A stretch of 64,000 nucleotides of DNA from contig CM069133.1 in NCBI GenBank assembly GCA_035221665.1, positions 137,330,001 through 137,394,000 of the forward strand. The letters are read 5' to 3'. Both the position numbers and the translations under genes were made by a program. The notes beneath the pieces were generated by a model, which was not told where the DNA came from, searched no databases, and saw only the letters and a list, made by a program, of their open reading frames with translations. Positions 1 through 12,619 of this stretch are shown here, piece by piece. The DNA is from Okamejei kenojei (lineage: Eukaryota). Each line of letters starts with the position of its first letter. Position 1 is the stretch's first letter.

Positions 1-1194
1 ATGAATGCACACAAGCTATCCGCAGACAGGGTGGCTGCACAGTTTGGGGAATTCAGAAGTCGAATTAAACTCTTGTTGCTTTCTTGTTGTCCTGTTACTT
101 TGAAACTCTTCGTAACATTCTATACCATGTCCCATTTAGGAAGTACTCCTAATTGCTTCAAGCTAAAACAAATTCACACGTAACTATTTCTGCTGATAGG
201 CTGATGAAGGGGGTTGGCAGATGTGGAATGTCTTAGAAGTGAACCATGTCTGCCAGTGGGTATACAACACCTGGGTAACTTGCTTAACAAAATGTTCCTT
301 CTGAATAGAGAAATGAAAATGTCACTGATCTAGCGACTGAATCTGGACCAATTGGGAAGCATTCAATGTTGCAAAATCAATTTCTTTGGAAGAGTTAAAG
401 TGATTTAATTATGCCACATTCTCTCCACATTTAGTATATTTAGTATTCTTCAACTCTCAAGCGCAGGAAAATATTTTGTTCTGATTTGTATTACCGTATA
501 ATATTGTGCTTTAAAATTCGGAGAAAAAACAATTTAATGATGGCAATGCCATAACTCTCTTGCAGTAAATGCTGTTTCTGAATTCGTGCTCCTTATTTTT
601 CTGTTGGGTATTATGTTTTTATTGAGTTGGTATAATATGTCATTCTTTATGTTCTTATCTCTTTGGGTAATAACTCAGTTAATAGCTGTTAAAAATATTG
701 CATGTTAATGATGTCGCTTTGAAGACTTTATCTTTGCTGAACGGTCGGGGAACAAAATAAGACTCGGTGTATGCTGCACTGCTACATACGGCACTCCCCG
801 TGTTTGATGAAATTAAATGTAGGAAAAATTATACATATAAATCTTCCCTGAAAAGCTATTAATCACCAGTGGGAAAAAAAGTCTTGTTTGAGATCCCATT
901 TCACCAATGTGCATTATATCATATTTTATTTCTTTAGTAAAATGTGAAGAAATATAGAAAATAAGCATGGAGTTTTACCGAGTATAATTTTTATAAGATG
1001 AACAAACCAGTGTATAACATCCTTACCACCACCACCTCCCTCCCCACTTTCTCACTCTGTTTAAAATTGCCCAGAAAGTCTTCTACATTAGATTGTTATA
1101 TTGCAACTAGATACTGAAATTTAATTTGGGGCACAGATCCTTGTTCTATAAATGTCCATTCAACATTGAAAATGTGAGGATTGTTTATATGAGC

Positions 1195-1325
1195 TATAAC
1201 AAAAATGAAACATGCTGGAAAAACTCAGCTGGCCAGGCAGCACCTGAGAAAAGAGAAACAGTTAATGGTACAGGTCCGCGATTATTAGAGAAACAAATTA
1301 GTTGAGGTAACAGAGAAGGTGGGAG
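1195..1325 (-). mobile_element. Old PLE terminal-repeat copy (degenerate)
   Basis: ATGCTGGAAAAACTCAGCTGGCCAGGCAGCA...GAGAAACAGTTAATG matches the reverse complement of the family tail; similar to 56262-56385. Confidence 0.5.
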
Positions 1326-1374
1326 AGGTATTACGAGTATTTATAATTTACAAGGCAAGTTTCAATAAAGTGAC

Positions 1375-1700
1375 ACACTCCAAAGTACCTCACAGGAGTA
1401 TAAACAATCAAAATTTAACACAGATCACACAGGGAACCATAAGGGAAGATGATGACAGCTTGATCATTTAGTATGTTATCAAAAGTGATTTAAAGGAGGG
1501 AAGAGAGGTGGTGGATTTTCGAGAAGGGATTGTAGTTTAGGATCTTGACAGCTGAAGACATGGAATAACCAGATCTGAAGATGATCAAGGATATGAGGGT
1601 GTAAGGCTGATGGACTTCAAGGAAACCAGGGAACAAGACCTTTGAGTGTTTGAAAGATGAAGAATTTTAAAGGAGGAACCCATGTTTGTGATGGGTGAAG
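1375..1700 (-). mobile_element. Degenerate L2-type LINE 3' region
   Basis: Resembles elasmobranch L2 3' ends (CTCACAGGAG...AAAATTTAACAC...TTAAAGGAGGGAAGAGAGG...CAGCTGAAG); opposite-strand counterpart at 7240-7750. Confidence 0.5.
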
Positions 1701-2036
1701 GGGGACATTCAATGATTTTAATAGAGGGGAATAATTCCGAAAAGCATGTAGAAATAAATTCCTTTTGTTATTAAATTCTGATGAGCACAACGTTAAAAAC
1801 TGCATCCTAGGGATTGCGTGCAAATAGACAAACAGATGTTTCATATTTTAGCCTCCCAGTTAATTGCTGTCAGGTGCTGGTGGCAAAGACTCGTATTTAC
1901 AACCACTTTCAATGAAAATTAGATCTGTGACAGCTTGGGTTGCAAACAAGTAATCCAGAGTGCTCCAGTTTGTGGTAAGAGATCAGTTTACCTTACCACG
2001 TCCGTGGCAAGAATTGTGGATAGAGGCCTTAATAAA

Positions 2037-2135
2037 GGTCTGAAGAAGGGTCTCGACCCGAAACGTCACCCATTCCTTCTCTCCAGAGATGCTGCCTGTC
2101 CTGCTGAGTTACTCCAGCATTTTGTGTCGACCATT
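2037..2135 (+). mobile_element. Short PLE-derived hammerhead-bearing element
   Basis: Bounded by 12-bp TSD GGCCTTAATAAA (2025-2036 / 2136-2147); core followed by the family tail CCAGAGATGCTGCCTGTCC...GAGTTACTCCAGCATTTTGTGTC. Confidence 0.9.
2040..2067 (+). ncRNA. Minimal type I hammerhead ribozyme core motif
   Basis: CTGAAGA-A-GGGT(CTCG)ACCC-GAAA-CG-TC: conserved CUGAnGA and GAAA boxes, stem II, palindromic ACGU in place of stem III, GUC cleavage triplet; stem I is weak. Confidence 0.75.
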
Positions 2136-2894
2136 GGCCTTAATAAAATTTGGGTGCAGAGATAGGCACTTTTAAAAATGCCTTTATGTTTAAAAATGTA
2201 CTGGATAGTGCTTACAATGTTCCATCGCCATACGTTACACTTGAAATCATGGAATGTAGGTATTTATCTTATTCTAGTAACATCAGAGTTCCGACTTTCT
2301 TTGTGGCTTGAGATAAAGCTGCTTGATTGACTGGGCCCTAATTCTGGCCGGCATTTGATTGCAAATGCAGCTGGTAAGATGTACGTTGTGAAAATTGTGC
2401 ATGGAATTGACATCACAATGCTCTTTTGAACCCAAACCATTAACAGGATGGTGCTGTATTTCAGTTCCTGACCAGATTTTGCAGGTTGCAGCCATTAGCT
2501 GCTGTTTTGTGGAGGGAGTTTGCATGCTTATATGAAAGAAATACTAACTGAGGATTAAGCAGAATTGCCCAAGGATATCCAGGCTCAACTTACACCATTG
2601 GTATATGCTCACATATTGGTTCCAACAGTGGTGGCTGATGTTCTGTGTTTTCAGAGTTTTTTTCGGTTCTTCATTTAGGCCGGAGGCAACAAACCTTATT
2701 TGGACCCTAGCTAACAAAAGCCGAACAATGCAGGGCATTATTACAATCAGCATAGGTTATAGTAAACTTGTTCTATTTTCTACACACTATTGAAAATAGC
2801 ACAACAGTATTGTTGATCACCTGCACCTTTGCACTCTCGACAACAGTTCATGGCCTTACCAACCAGGTGAACATATGTGTTCATCCTAAATTAA

Positions 2895-3198
2895 ATTTAG
2901 TTTTAGTCCAGAGATATGGTGCGGAAACGGGTCCTTCGAGTCCGCGTCGACCAGCGATCCCCGCACATTAACCCTGTCCTGCACACACTAGGGACAATTT
3001 ACATTTGTACCAAGCCAATGAACCTACAAACCCGTACGTCTTTGGAGGGTGGGAGGACGCCGAAGATCTCGGAGAAAACACACGCAGGTCACGGGGAGAA
3101 CGTGCAAACTCCGTACAGACAGCACCCATAGTCGGGATCGAACCCGGGTCTCTGGTGATATAAGGCAGCAACTCTGCCGCTTCACCGCCGTCTGGCCC
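2895..3198 (-). mobile_element. HE1-like tRNA-derived V-SINE
   Basis: Box B (GGGATCGAACCC on +), central V-domain and (CTAAA)n-like tail; matches the copy at 21791-22103. Confidence 0.9.
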
Positions 3199-6100
3199 CT
3201 TTCTACAACTGTAATGGCAAATCATTCACCTATTTAGTTAATTAGTTGATGTCTATCACTGCTCAACGTCATGACTAGACGAGGTAACAAATTACCCATT
3301 CAAACCTAAAAAAAACGAGTGTACTAGTCTTATAGACTGGAGAACGTAACAATGAAGGCTTTGACCCTTTATACGACATGTTAAACCTAAAGAAGCTTCA
3401 GAGCAAAGTTCCTCTGCAGTATTTCAGGGTGGTGCTGTGTGAGGATAAGTTCAAAGTTAAAATAGTTCCCATTTGTATAGTGCTACAGGCTTGCATGAAA
3501 TAGGTTGAGAAATAGATCAACCTTAAAGGAATGACTGTGCTTGTTTAAAGAAGCATGGGCAACAGAATCGAGTCTGCTTTTTTTTTTGAAGACTTTCTTC
3601 CTTATTACACCTGTCAAGCTTGGGTTTCTGCATTTAAACTGGAACCATGAGATCAAGGAGCAAGACTACAACTCTGCGACAGTTTTCACAGAGATTAGTG
3701 AATATGGTTTTCACATAGCTCTTTCCCCAGTTCAAACATATTAAACAAAACTGAAAGTGGACCTGGAGTTTAGCGCCATGTTGGATTCTGTAAGACAGGC
3801 ATTTTGATTAGATCGATATGAGAATTACTCCTTCTCTGTGGTTGGGGGCACTGTCACATCAGAAGTTCATTTGAAATGAATTGGTATTTTCTTTTTGTTC
3901 CATCAATGGCTTAACTCACAAGAACCTGCTTAAAATGGCCACCTTCCTTCACTGTTCAAAGGACTAATTCCCAGCTCACTGTTCACTCACAATAAAACAT
4001 ATTGTTTGACAACTAATTAATTGTGTTAACTTTTCAATGCTTTTGAGCTGCTAGGCACTGATGTAATCCAGGGATCCAGGGGAACATAATAAACATCCGA
4101 AATAGAAGAGTGATTCTCAAAATAACTCTGCCCAATCAAGAATGTTGCAATCAACCAAAAACACAAATTTCTGGCTCTGGAAATATATCTGACAGAAGCC
4201 CTCTCACATGCCATCAGAGTAGTGGCCATTACCAATGTAAACAGTAAACAAGACTCTAGAGGATGGCTGTGACCAGCCTTTTGAATGGAAGCCTGAAACA
4301 ATCTGTAACATATTACAAAAGAGCAAAGGGCATCCTAGAGAGCTAGCATGGAAACACCTTAATGGAAAGAAAATCCCACCTTGATCTTTTAGGGTGCAGC
4401 TCAGTTGAGATTGAGTTAAAGGTAAATTAAAGACACATTGCCTTTCTTTGATCATTTAGTATATTTTTTTGCCTGTGAAATGTTTCTTCCTGTCAGTGGT
4501 GTGTGTTTCTAGGCTTCTATGTTCTCCTGCTACTCTGTCCATCTGGGATTCATCCGTTATTTACCCCACCTAGTCACAGTAGCCATTGTACCAAAAGGAT
4601 GGAATTCTACCTCTTGGGGTTAAGATTTAAAGCAGATTGGAAATATTGAACAGCAGAAAGCTGACAAAAGAAAACCTCCTGATCACTCCACCTTAACTAA
4701 AAGAAAACCTTCAATTAGAGCAAGTATATTTGATTTTTTTGCAAGAATAGATAGAAGAATAGTTGAAGGAGAGAGTTAACCCTTAGGACGAGTTGGAAAT
4801 ATGATTTGGCTTTGCAAACTCGTACAGAAAATAGTTTTGCAATACCATCAGACAAGGAAGTATGTGAATTAATATTATTCAGAAGAATTTATTTGGCTTG
4901 TAATAACTTGAAACCTGGACTCTGTTACCCAATAGTGAATGGGTGCAGCAATTAAAGATAAGGGTGGTGATATCTGTGTGGGTGAGGAATCATGTATAAT
5001 AAAGTAGTTTTAAATACCTTTGGTACAGATACTTCAGACATTCCATAACCAATATTAAATACACTTAGAAGTCCAAATCCTCAAAGCATGTGCCTTTGCA
5101 TGTAAATATATTTATTGTCCTCCACAACCTGAGCAAAATATCTGTTTGTCTCCTGCGCTGCTATAATAGTCATTTGCACCCCAATATCTTTTGGCTTTTT
5201 TGCTCCTCAAGCTATTGAAGGAGAAATTGCGAACTGTTTTGTTTTCCTTGACACATCGTGTATTGTCTGGCGAAAGCAGTTGTCTGACTTTCATTTGGCT
5301 TGCTTCTCCTTGGTGGTTGCCTGCTGCTCCTTGGCACCACAGATCCTGCTGCTGTTAGTCTAGTGACTAGAAGCCAATCTATCTCTCAGCAAGTTGTTTA
5401 TTTTCTGAATACACAGGGAGGAATCCCCGTAAATGAGTAAGTGTTACTTTTCACTTATTTCCCAGCCAGCAGGTGTCCTGAAACACAATTTGCCTTAACT
5501 ACCTCGACATCTGAGATGTGAATGAAGTCTAATCTGTCATCCCCTCTTGTCAGACTTTCTTGAATAGGACTGTACCCAGGTTATTCAGAGGCCTGTGTGC
5601 TTGGAATGCAGCTTTAATTCTTCAAGAACAGGCAGAATGTCTTATTCTACAGTTTGAACGAGTAAGTCTGGTCGCTGCGTGCATTGACACCTGGCAGAAA
5701 GGATGGCATAAGCCATACTGTGTATTAACTGTACAATATTATGTGTAGTATCCGATTGGGTATCATTCTTTGGTTTTATTTGATAAGAAATATTATGTGA
5801 CTAGAATGGAACTGAGCTGTATATAGCTGGACTAAAATTAATTGCCACTATTATTTGAAGCTTAGTCGGAGAGGACCGAGGTTAATATTTGCTGTGGTAT
5901 AAATCACTGTTAAACTTCCTTTTAAAGAAACTAGCATGCTCACTTGTGACCAGCTGTGTGAACAAGCCCTTGTATATCCAGTCACTAGATTAGAATCCAA
6001 CTTGGAATTAAATATTTACTTTCCTTGTTAGCTGCGGCAGTTTTACTTAGAGTAGTGTTTGTCAGAGTAGGTCCAGTTCCCGTTAGTTGCGAAATTGGCA

Positions 6101-6948
6101 ACAACAAATCACAGACTAATTCAGAAAAGCCATAAAGAGGATTTGGAAAGTGGAGTAGAAAGTGAAGCCGGGAAATTGAGTTATAAGTGTCATCTGACTC
6201 TGCAGTACATGATACCAACATTGGATATCAAAGTTTCTTTCATTCTTCAAATGCAGGTATCCTTAACTTTAATCAGCACAACAAGCCTTGCAAATAAAAA
6301 CTCTTAGCTCTGACTTAAGGGACTGAACCTTTAATCCAGCAACTGAGCAGTGTGATATGAGAATTACATCGCATCAAAGATCCTCATCTTGTTAACAGAA
6401 ATATTATTGAAGAAGAAAGGAAGTTTTAACACAGATTTTTCAACAATAATCAACACTTAAGATTGTAGTGGCTGCCACTTGCTTCCTTTCTTCTATTCCA
6501 GAGAAACCAAACTTTTGTTTGAAACCAAACCAGGCTTTTCTCAGCCCTGTGGTCATGATTGACACCAGGGTAAATTTTCAGAGCATGTGTGATCATAACT
6601 AAGACCACTTATTTCCGCCATTCAGCATACGTCCTCTCACCCTCGATCAACTTAATCTAGATAATGTGCATAAAAACTGACTATCCAGTATTCACAGGAC
6701 TATAGTGGTGTTAGACTAGCAGATATTCCACAATGTTACTCATGTTAATACCCCAACTCACTTTTTTATTTAACTTTTTTAAATTGTTATACGGGATATT
6801 GAGAGCAGGAGGTTGAGACTGGTGAGTTTAAAAGGAAAAATAGAACATTCATCCTATCGGAACTGGTTGCCAAACCATCAGGATTTGCAAACAATAAAAT
6901 ATTTCTGAAGACATATAGTAGTCTTACAGTAGTCTTACTCTAGAAATA

Positions 6949-7079
6949 CAGTCTGAAGAAGGGTTTCGGCCCGAAACGCTGCCTATTTCCTTCGCTCCAT
7001 TCATGCTGCCACACCCTCTGAGTTTCTCAAGCACTTGTCTACCTTCGATTTTCCAGCATCTGCAGTTCCTTCTTGAACA
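6949..7079 (+). mobile_element. PLE-derived hammerhead element, long-tail form
   Basis: CTGAAGAAGGGTTTCGGCCCGAAACGCT...CCAGCATCTGCAGTTCCTTCTTGAAC. Confidence 0.85.
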
Positions 7080-7095
7080 AAATATGAGGTTATTG

Positions 7096-7185
7096 TCTGA
7101 CGAAGGGTTTTGACACGAAATGTCAGCCATTCCTTCTCTCCAGAGATGCTGCCTGACGCACTGAGTTACTCCAGCATTTGGTGTC
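7096..7185 (+). mobile_element. PLE-derived hammerhead element, short-tail form
   Basis: 11-bp TSD TGAGGTTATTG (7085-7095 / 7186-7196); starts TCTGACGAAGGGTTTTGACACGAAATGTC. Confidence 0.85.
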
Positions 7186-7239
7186 TGAGGTTATTGAAGT
7201 TTTACTGCACTGTTGAACAGACATCCTCCTTCTAACATT

Positions 7240-7750
7240 TGTATATATGTTCATCCAAATCTCTGTTGCATGTATCCTTTTGCACCACACCCTGATCCCC
7301 AACGCTCCTGAACATGTAGGAAGGAACTGCAGATGCTGGTTTAAACCGAATATAGACACAAAGAGCTGGAGTAACTCAGTGGGTCAGACAGCATCTCTGG
7401 AGAAAAGGAATAAGTGACGTTTCGGGTCAAGACCCTTCTGAACGTATATGTTGCTCCGGCCCTCATCCCACCTTATTTCTGCCCATTCATCCTATAGCTT
7501 TTCATGATATCTTTATTCCTCCAGCTATAATCCCTGGATGTTATTGCTCCAGTATTGATAGTTGTGCCTTTAACTGGTAAGAGACTAAACTCTAAAATTC
7601 CTTTCCTAAACCTGTCAAGTTGTCTAATTTTCTTCTTTTAAAATATTCTGTAATATCTACTACACCTTGGTTAGCGGTTTGTGGCAGTTAGCGATTTTTG
7701 TTTACCCATACTCCTGTGAGGTAGTTTGCTATGTTGAAGATATTTCACTA
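7240..7750 (+). mobile_element. Degenerate L2-type LINE 3' region interrupted by a PLE element
   Basis: Similar to the reverse complement of 1375-1700 (AAATTCCTTTCCTAAACC...ACTCCTGTGAGG). Confidence 0.45.
7316..7438 (-). mobile_element. PLE-derived hammerhead element, long-tail form
   Basis: GAAGGAACTGCAGATGCTGG...GACGTTTCGGGTCAAGACCCTTC is the reverse complement of the family consensus. Confidence 0.85.
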
Positions 7751-8064
7751 TTATTGCCATTGCAATTTTATTTATAGTTGTTCCCTACTCTTCAGGCATC
7801 AATTAAGTGTCACGTCTTTCAGTTTCTTTGATTCAGCGTCACCCTGACTAAGTCCCCAGAAAATAGCCTTCTATTGTAATGACTACTCGTAGCTTGTTGG
7901 TGTTTTCACGTCTCAAAGCTCTCTACTTTGCCGTCACTCATTATTGCTCCCATTGAGCATGCAAGACAAATCTGTCCACATCAGTTGCCCAAACAATGCA
8001 ACCTATTCAACTCACCAATGATAAGGGAGAAGGGCCATGGAAGAGAACAAGAGTGTGTCGGAGT

Positions 8065-8115
8065 GAGTGTGTGTGCTTGTGCTGTTTCTGCATACGCTGT
8101 GTGTGTGTGTGCGCA
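8065..8115. repeat. Imperfect (TG)n microsatellite
   Basis: GTGTGTGTG runs. Confidence 0.7.
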
Positions 8116-8284
8116 CACGGACTCGGTTTGCCTCTGCCCACTTAGTGTGCATCTTTGCATGCTTATCTGTGTGTATTGATCTCTGCTAAAAAGCCTGACC
8201 TTCAAGGGCTCCAATCATCCTGGACACCAATAACCGCCCTCATGTTAAAGTTAATTCACGCACCGACCGGTGTCTTCCTAGACT

Positions 8285-9000
8285 CACAAACAAAGATTGA
8301 GACCTGGAAAGTCAGGATCCGAGTAGAGAGTGGCAGCAGCATCAGAACTGAAATTCCTTTGTCAACATCTCCCGTGAATGCTGACATTGATGCTGCTACC
8401 TCAGGTGAGCGGTAGGACATAGCCAGCTAAACCGGCAGCTTCATCCTGAGGATTTCGCTACCAGAATGAACTAGTCTTTTGCCTCAGCGATTTCCACTGG
8501 TTGATTATTACAACGCCTCGTGAACCTCCAGCTCGTACTAAAGTGGAAGCAGCATGCTGCAGCAATTAGTGCATATGCTCCAACCCTGAAAGCGATGCAC
8601 AAGGCCAAAGGGGAATTGCACTCTGACCTTGAATTCTGGCCTGAGCCCCTGCAGGAGACTAATGGTTTCACTGACAATTTCAGAAGTCGGAAAGGAAACT
8701 CTGGAAATGTGTGATTGGCAAGGAAGGAGTAGGGAAATCTATCTCCAGTGATGCTCTGCTCCTGACAAAATATTTGAAAGACTGACTTGTTTGTTACGCT
8801 GGGAGTTCACCAGAGAAAATTCAAGGCCACGTGCAATGTGCTTTGATCCAGCATTGATAGGCACCTGCGATATTACACTGTTGTCTGAGTAACAGATTGT
8901 GGGGATGACCAGATCAGTCACATCACCACAAAGGCAAACAACGGCTGGATTAAACCACAAAATCTAGATTTTTTGCTGCTATCCACTTGGCTCTGAAATG
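8285..9000 (+). mobile_element. Decayed RTE-clade (BovB-like) LINE, AP-endonuclease domain
   Basis: Broken frames give ETWKVR (~GTWNVR), DIDAATSGER (~DIAALSETR), KQHAAAISAYAPT and VIGKEGVGKSISSDALLLTK, in RTE APE motif order. Confidence 0.75.
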
Positions 9001-9079
9001 TTTTGGCAATGTTTAACGATCCAAAGATTCCACTAAAAAATAACTACTAAGCCAGACAACTTGACTTCCAACCAGCAGA

Positions 9080-9620
9080 TGGTACTGGCATTGGTCTGGT
9101 ATTGCCATGTGCACCGAGATACAGTGAAAATTGTTATTACATGTTAGCCATGCAAATCATGCCGCACATGCTAATGTCAGGTAGTGCCAAAGTGTTAGGT
9201 TTCCTTGCATAATGCCACTCTGAGTACTTACATGGTCAGTTTCATAGTGAGATGCAGCCATCTCTTCAAGGTACGTTCCGCACAATATAAGCAACGCTTC
9301 CAATTGAACCATACATGAACACATGCAAAAAAATGAAAATTAAAAATGCAGAATATATTGCTACAGCTACAGATAGCAAAATGGAAGAACCACAATGAGA
9401 TAGATTAGAAGTTTGTAATTCATCCTTAGCACATGAGAGGTCTGTTCAAGAGTCTGATAACGGTGAGGAAAATGCTGTTCTTGAAAGTGCTTTTCAAGCA
9501 TTTGTATTTTCTGCCTGACGGGAGAAAAAGGGATCACTTCGACGAGTAAAAGTATCCTTGATTTTGTTGGCTGCTCTCCTGAGGCAGCGTTAAGTGTAGA
9601 TGGAGTCGAGAATGGGGGCA
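9080..9620 (-). mobile_element. Rex1/Babar-like LINE 3' fragment
   Basis: GTTCAAGAGTCTGATAACGGTGAGGAAAATGCTGTTCTTGAA...TGCCTGACGGGAG; tail ATTGCCATGTGCACCGAGATACAGTGAAAA. Confidence 0.6.
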
Positions 9621-9621
9621 C

Positions 9622-9906
9622 GTTTAGTTTAGTTTAGAAAAACAGCGCGGAAACAAGACCCTTTATACCACCGGAGTCCGCACCGATCAGCGATTCCCAC
9701 ACATTAACACTACCCTACACACACTAGGAGCAATTAACCTACAAACCTGTACGTCTTTGGAGTGTGGGAGAAAACTGAAGAACTTGGGGGGGAAAAAACC
9801 CACGCAGGTCACGGGGAGAAATACAAACTCTGTACATACAAGCACCCATAGTCAGGATCGAACCCAGGTCTCTGGTGCTGTAAGCGCGTGAACCACCGTG
9901 TCGCCG
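9622..9906 (-). mobile_element. HE1-like SINE
   Basis: (TTTAG)n tail, V-domain, box B AGGATCGAACCC. Confidence 0.9.
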
Positions 9907-11088
9907 TTTGTATGATGGACTGTATGTGTTCACAACACTGCAATTTCTTGTGGTCGTGGGCACCACAGTTCCCATACTAAGCTCAGTGAGAGTCAAATGT
10001 GTGGAGCACAAGGAGGCTATTTGCAAATAACAGGATGAATGCCCAATCTCTGAAACTACCCACACACTCCCTAGTTCAGCAACACCTTACCCCTTTGTGG
10101 CAGAATGTGTGGGTACCACATTTTATTCATCAGCCACCACGGAAATGTAGGAATGGATTGGAAGGAAATCATCCTTGACCCTGAGCAACTGCAGAAGAAG
10201 AAGGAAGTGGTAGCAGTGAATCAACTCTTTTTTTACAACTTACCTGATTTTTAACTATCATTTTACACTATTGTGCTCTATCCTATTATTTGGCAATTAA
10301 CTGAAACACTGCGGCTTGTCGATTTTGTGAAGCTTTTGCTGATTCACAATGTATAAGTTCCGACGGCTCCTCTTTAAGCTGTTGAAAAATTGCGTTTTTT
10401 AAAAAGACAAGAATTGATGTGACTTGAAAATATGCCAACCAGCTACTTTAACATACAAGAAAAAGCTGGCTTGCAAACAAGAGACCTGACAACAATGCAC
10501 CTATTGAAGGTTTTCAGTTTCTGCTTCTAATCTGTTACATCTGTACATTTCTACACTTCCTATAAAGTTCTAGAGCTGTAAACAGATCATGTTACAATAT
10601 ATCTCACAGAATGATCTTTGGAGAATGACAGCCAATATACTTCTGAAAAATGGCCAGTATAGTTTTAGGTAAGTACATCTCTGATATACTTTGCTTTAAA
10701 GTTCTTTGGAAGAGTTTATCAACTCTTTGGATTAACAGTAAACTGAGCCTTTGCAGCCGGTTTGTTGTTGAGAGTAGTGCGTACTCTGCTATTTTAATGT
10801 CCAAACTATTTCCTTTCATATGACTAAATATAAAACTCTACTTTGCTTGTCTGTGTGGGTTTGTAGTGTACTTTGCTCTTTTCTGGAGGTTAGTGTCAGG
10901 ACTGGCTTTTCTCAGAGTTTGACACGGGATGGCTGGATGCCAAAATTCTTTTGAACGCGATTGTGCCATTTTTAGGATGGTGTTCAGTAATTCTGATATT
11001 TGGAAACTGAATAACAAACCTATTTGACAGTCACGTTAATATTCACATTAATACCAAATTCACATTAATGTCAAGTTATTAAGGTTTA

Positions 11089-11617
11089 GCACTTCAACTC
11101 CCCCTCCCATTCCGTATCCGACCTCTCGGTCCTGGGCCTCCTTCACGGCCAGAGTGAGCAACACCGCAAGTTGGAGGAACAGCACCTCATATTCTGCTTG
11201 GGGAGTCTGCATCCTCTGGGCTTGAACATTGAATTTTCTCAATTCTGTTAACCCTTGCTGTCTCCTCCCCTTCCCACATCTCCCTCAGCCCTCGGGCCCT
11301 GGCATTCCCTCTCTCTCTATCTCCCTCCCCCACCCTAGTCACACTAGCTTCTCATTTTCACACCACAAACAGCTTACAATGGCTTGTTCCCTTTATCATC
11401 GATACTTTTTTGCATATCTTTCATTCATTGTTCTTTATCTCTCCACATCACCGTCTATATCTCTCGTTTCCCTGATCCCTGACCAGTCAGAAGAAGGGTC
11501 TCGACCCGAAACGTCGCCTATCTCCTTCGCTCCTTAGATGCTGCTGCACCCGCTGAGTTTCTCCAGCCTTTTGTGTACCCTCGATTCTCCAGCATCTGCA
11601 GTTCCTTCTTTAACACA
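11089..11617 (+). mobile_element. 5'-truncated Penelope-like element (GIY-YIG C-terminus, 3'UTR and hammerhead repeat)
   Basis: 8-bp TSD AAGGTTTA (11081-11088 / 11618-11625); ends in the hammerhead core (11488-11515, CAGAAGA variant) and the long tail. Confidence 0.9.
11090..11251 (+). pseudogene. PLE GIY-YIG endonuclease C-terminal remnant
   Basis: Manual translation HFNSPSHSVSDLSVLGLLHGQSEQHRKLEEQHLIFCLGSLHPLGLNIEFSQFC*; HF...E...I..L....P.GLN is typical of PLE GIY-YIG. Confidence 0.85.
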
Positions 11618-11714
11618 AAGGTTTATAGAATGATGGGATGTTTTTTTTTTAACCACAAATGTTTGAAACATTCAGAAGGTGTCACACTTTTGGTAATGCC
11701 AAGACGATAGATTA

Positions 11715-12600
11715 ATACAGGGCCTCTGGTGCAACATGCCCAACCAAGATGCCTCATCTAAGCTACTCCCATATGATTCCTATCCCTCCAAACCTTTCCT
11801 ATCATGAACAAATATATATTTTTAATGCTGTTACAGTAAGTACCTGCTTCAACTACTTCTGCTGGCAGCTCTCTCCAGATATTCACCACCCTCAATGTGA
11901 GAAAGTTGATTGTTAGGTTCCAAGTAAATCTTTCTCTGCTCACCTTAAACCTATGCCTCTATTTTTGATTCCCCTATGCTGGGGAAAAGACTGTATTTAT
12001 CCTATCTATTCCCCCCAAAAGATCAACTCTCTGTCTCCTACACTTCAAAGACGAGTCCTAGCCTGTCCACCCTCTCCCAATAGCTCGGGCCCTTGTGTCC
12101 TGGCAACATCCTTGTAAATCTTCTCTTTTAGAAGTAGTTTACTTGTTTATTCGTAAGTTCGCCCTTCGGAGATACCAACTGCATTTTGTTGTCTCTGTAT
12201 TGTACACTGCACAATGACAATTAAAGATTGAATTAAAGAATTAATTTTCAGCAAAATGGCATTTGGCCAAACTGAACACAATACCCCAACCATCTATCTG
12301 AGATGTCCACTTTCAGGGAACAATGTACATGAACTCCAAGATTCCTCTGCTATACAATACAACACTCATCAGGGAGCTACCATTCACTGCAGAGGTCCTT
12401 TGGGTTTGACTTCCCAATATGCGACACTTTGCACTTACCTGAATTAAACTACTAGCCATTCCTCAACCCACTTAGCCAGCTGATTAAGATCCTGCTGTAA
12501 CTCTTGATAATCATCTTCACTGACAACAATACCATCTACTTTAGTGTGATCTGCAAACTTACTTATCATACCTTCTCATTCACATCTAAATTATAGATGT
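11715..12600 (-). mobile_element. Old CR1 LINE 3' fragment
   Basis: ORF 11758-11943 NFLTLRVVNIWRELPAEVVEAG; FADH-type RT motif at about 12545-12560 on the minus strand. Confidence 0.8.
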
Positions 12601-12619
12601 AGAATCTTTTTTTGGATTG

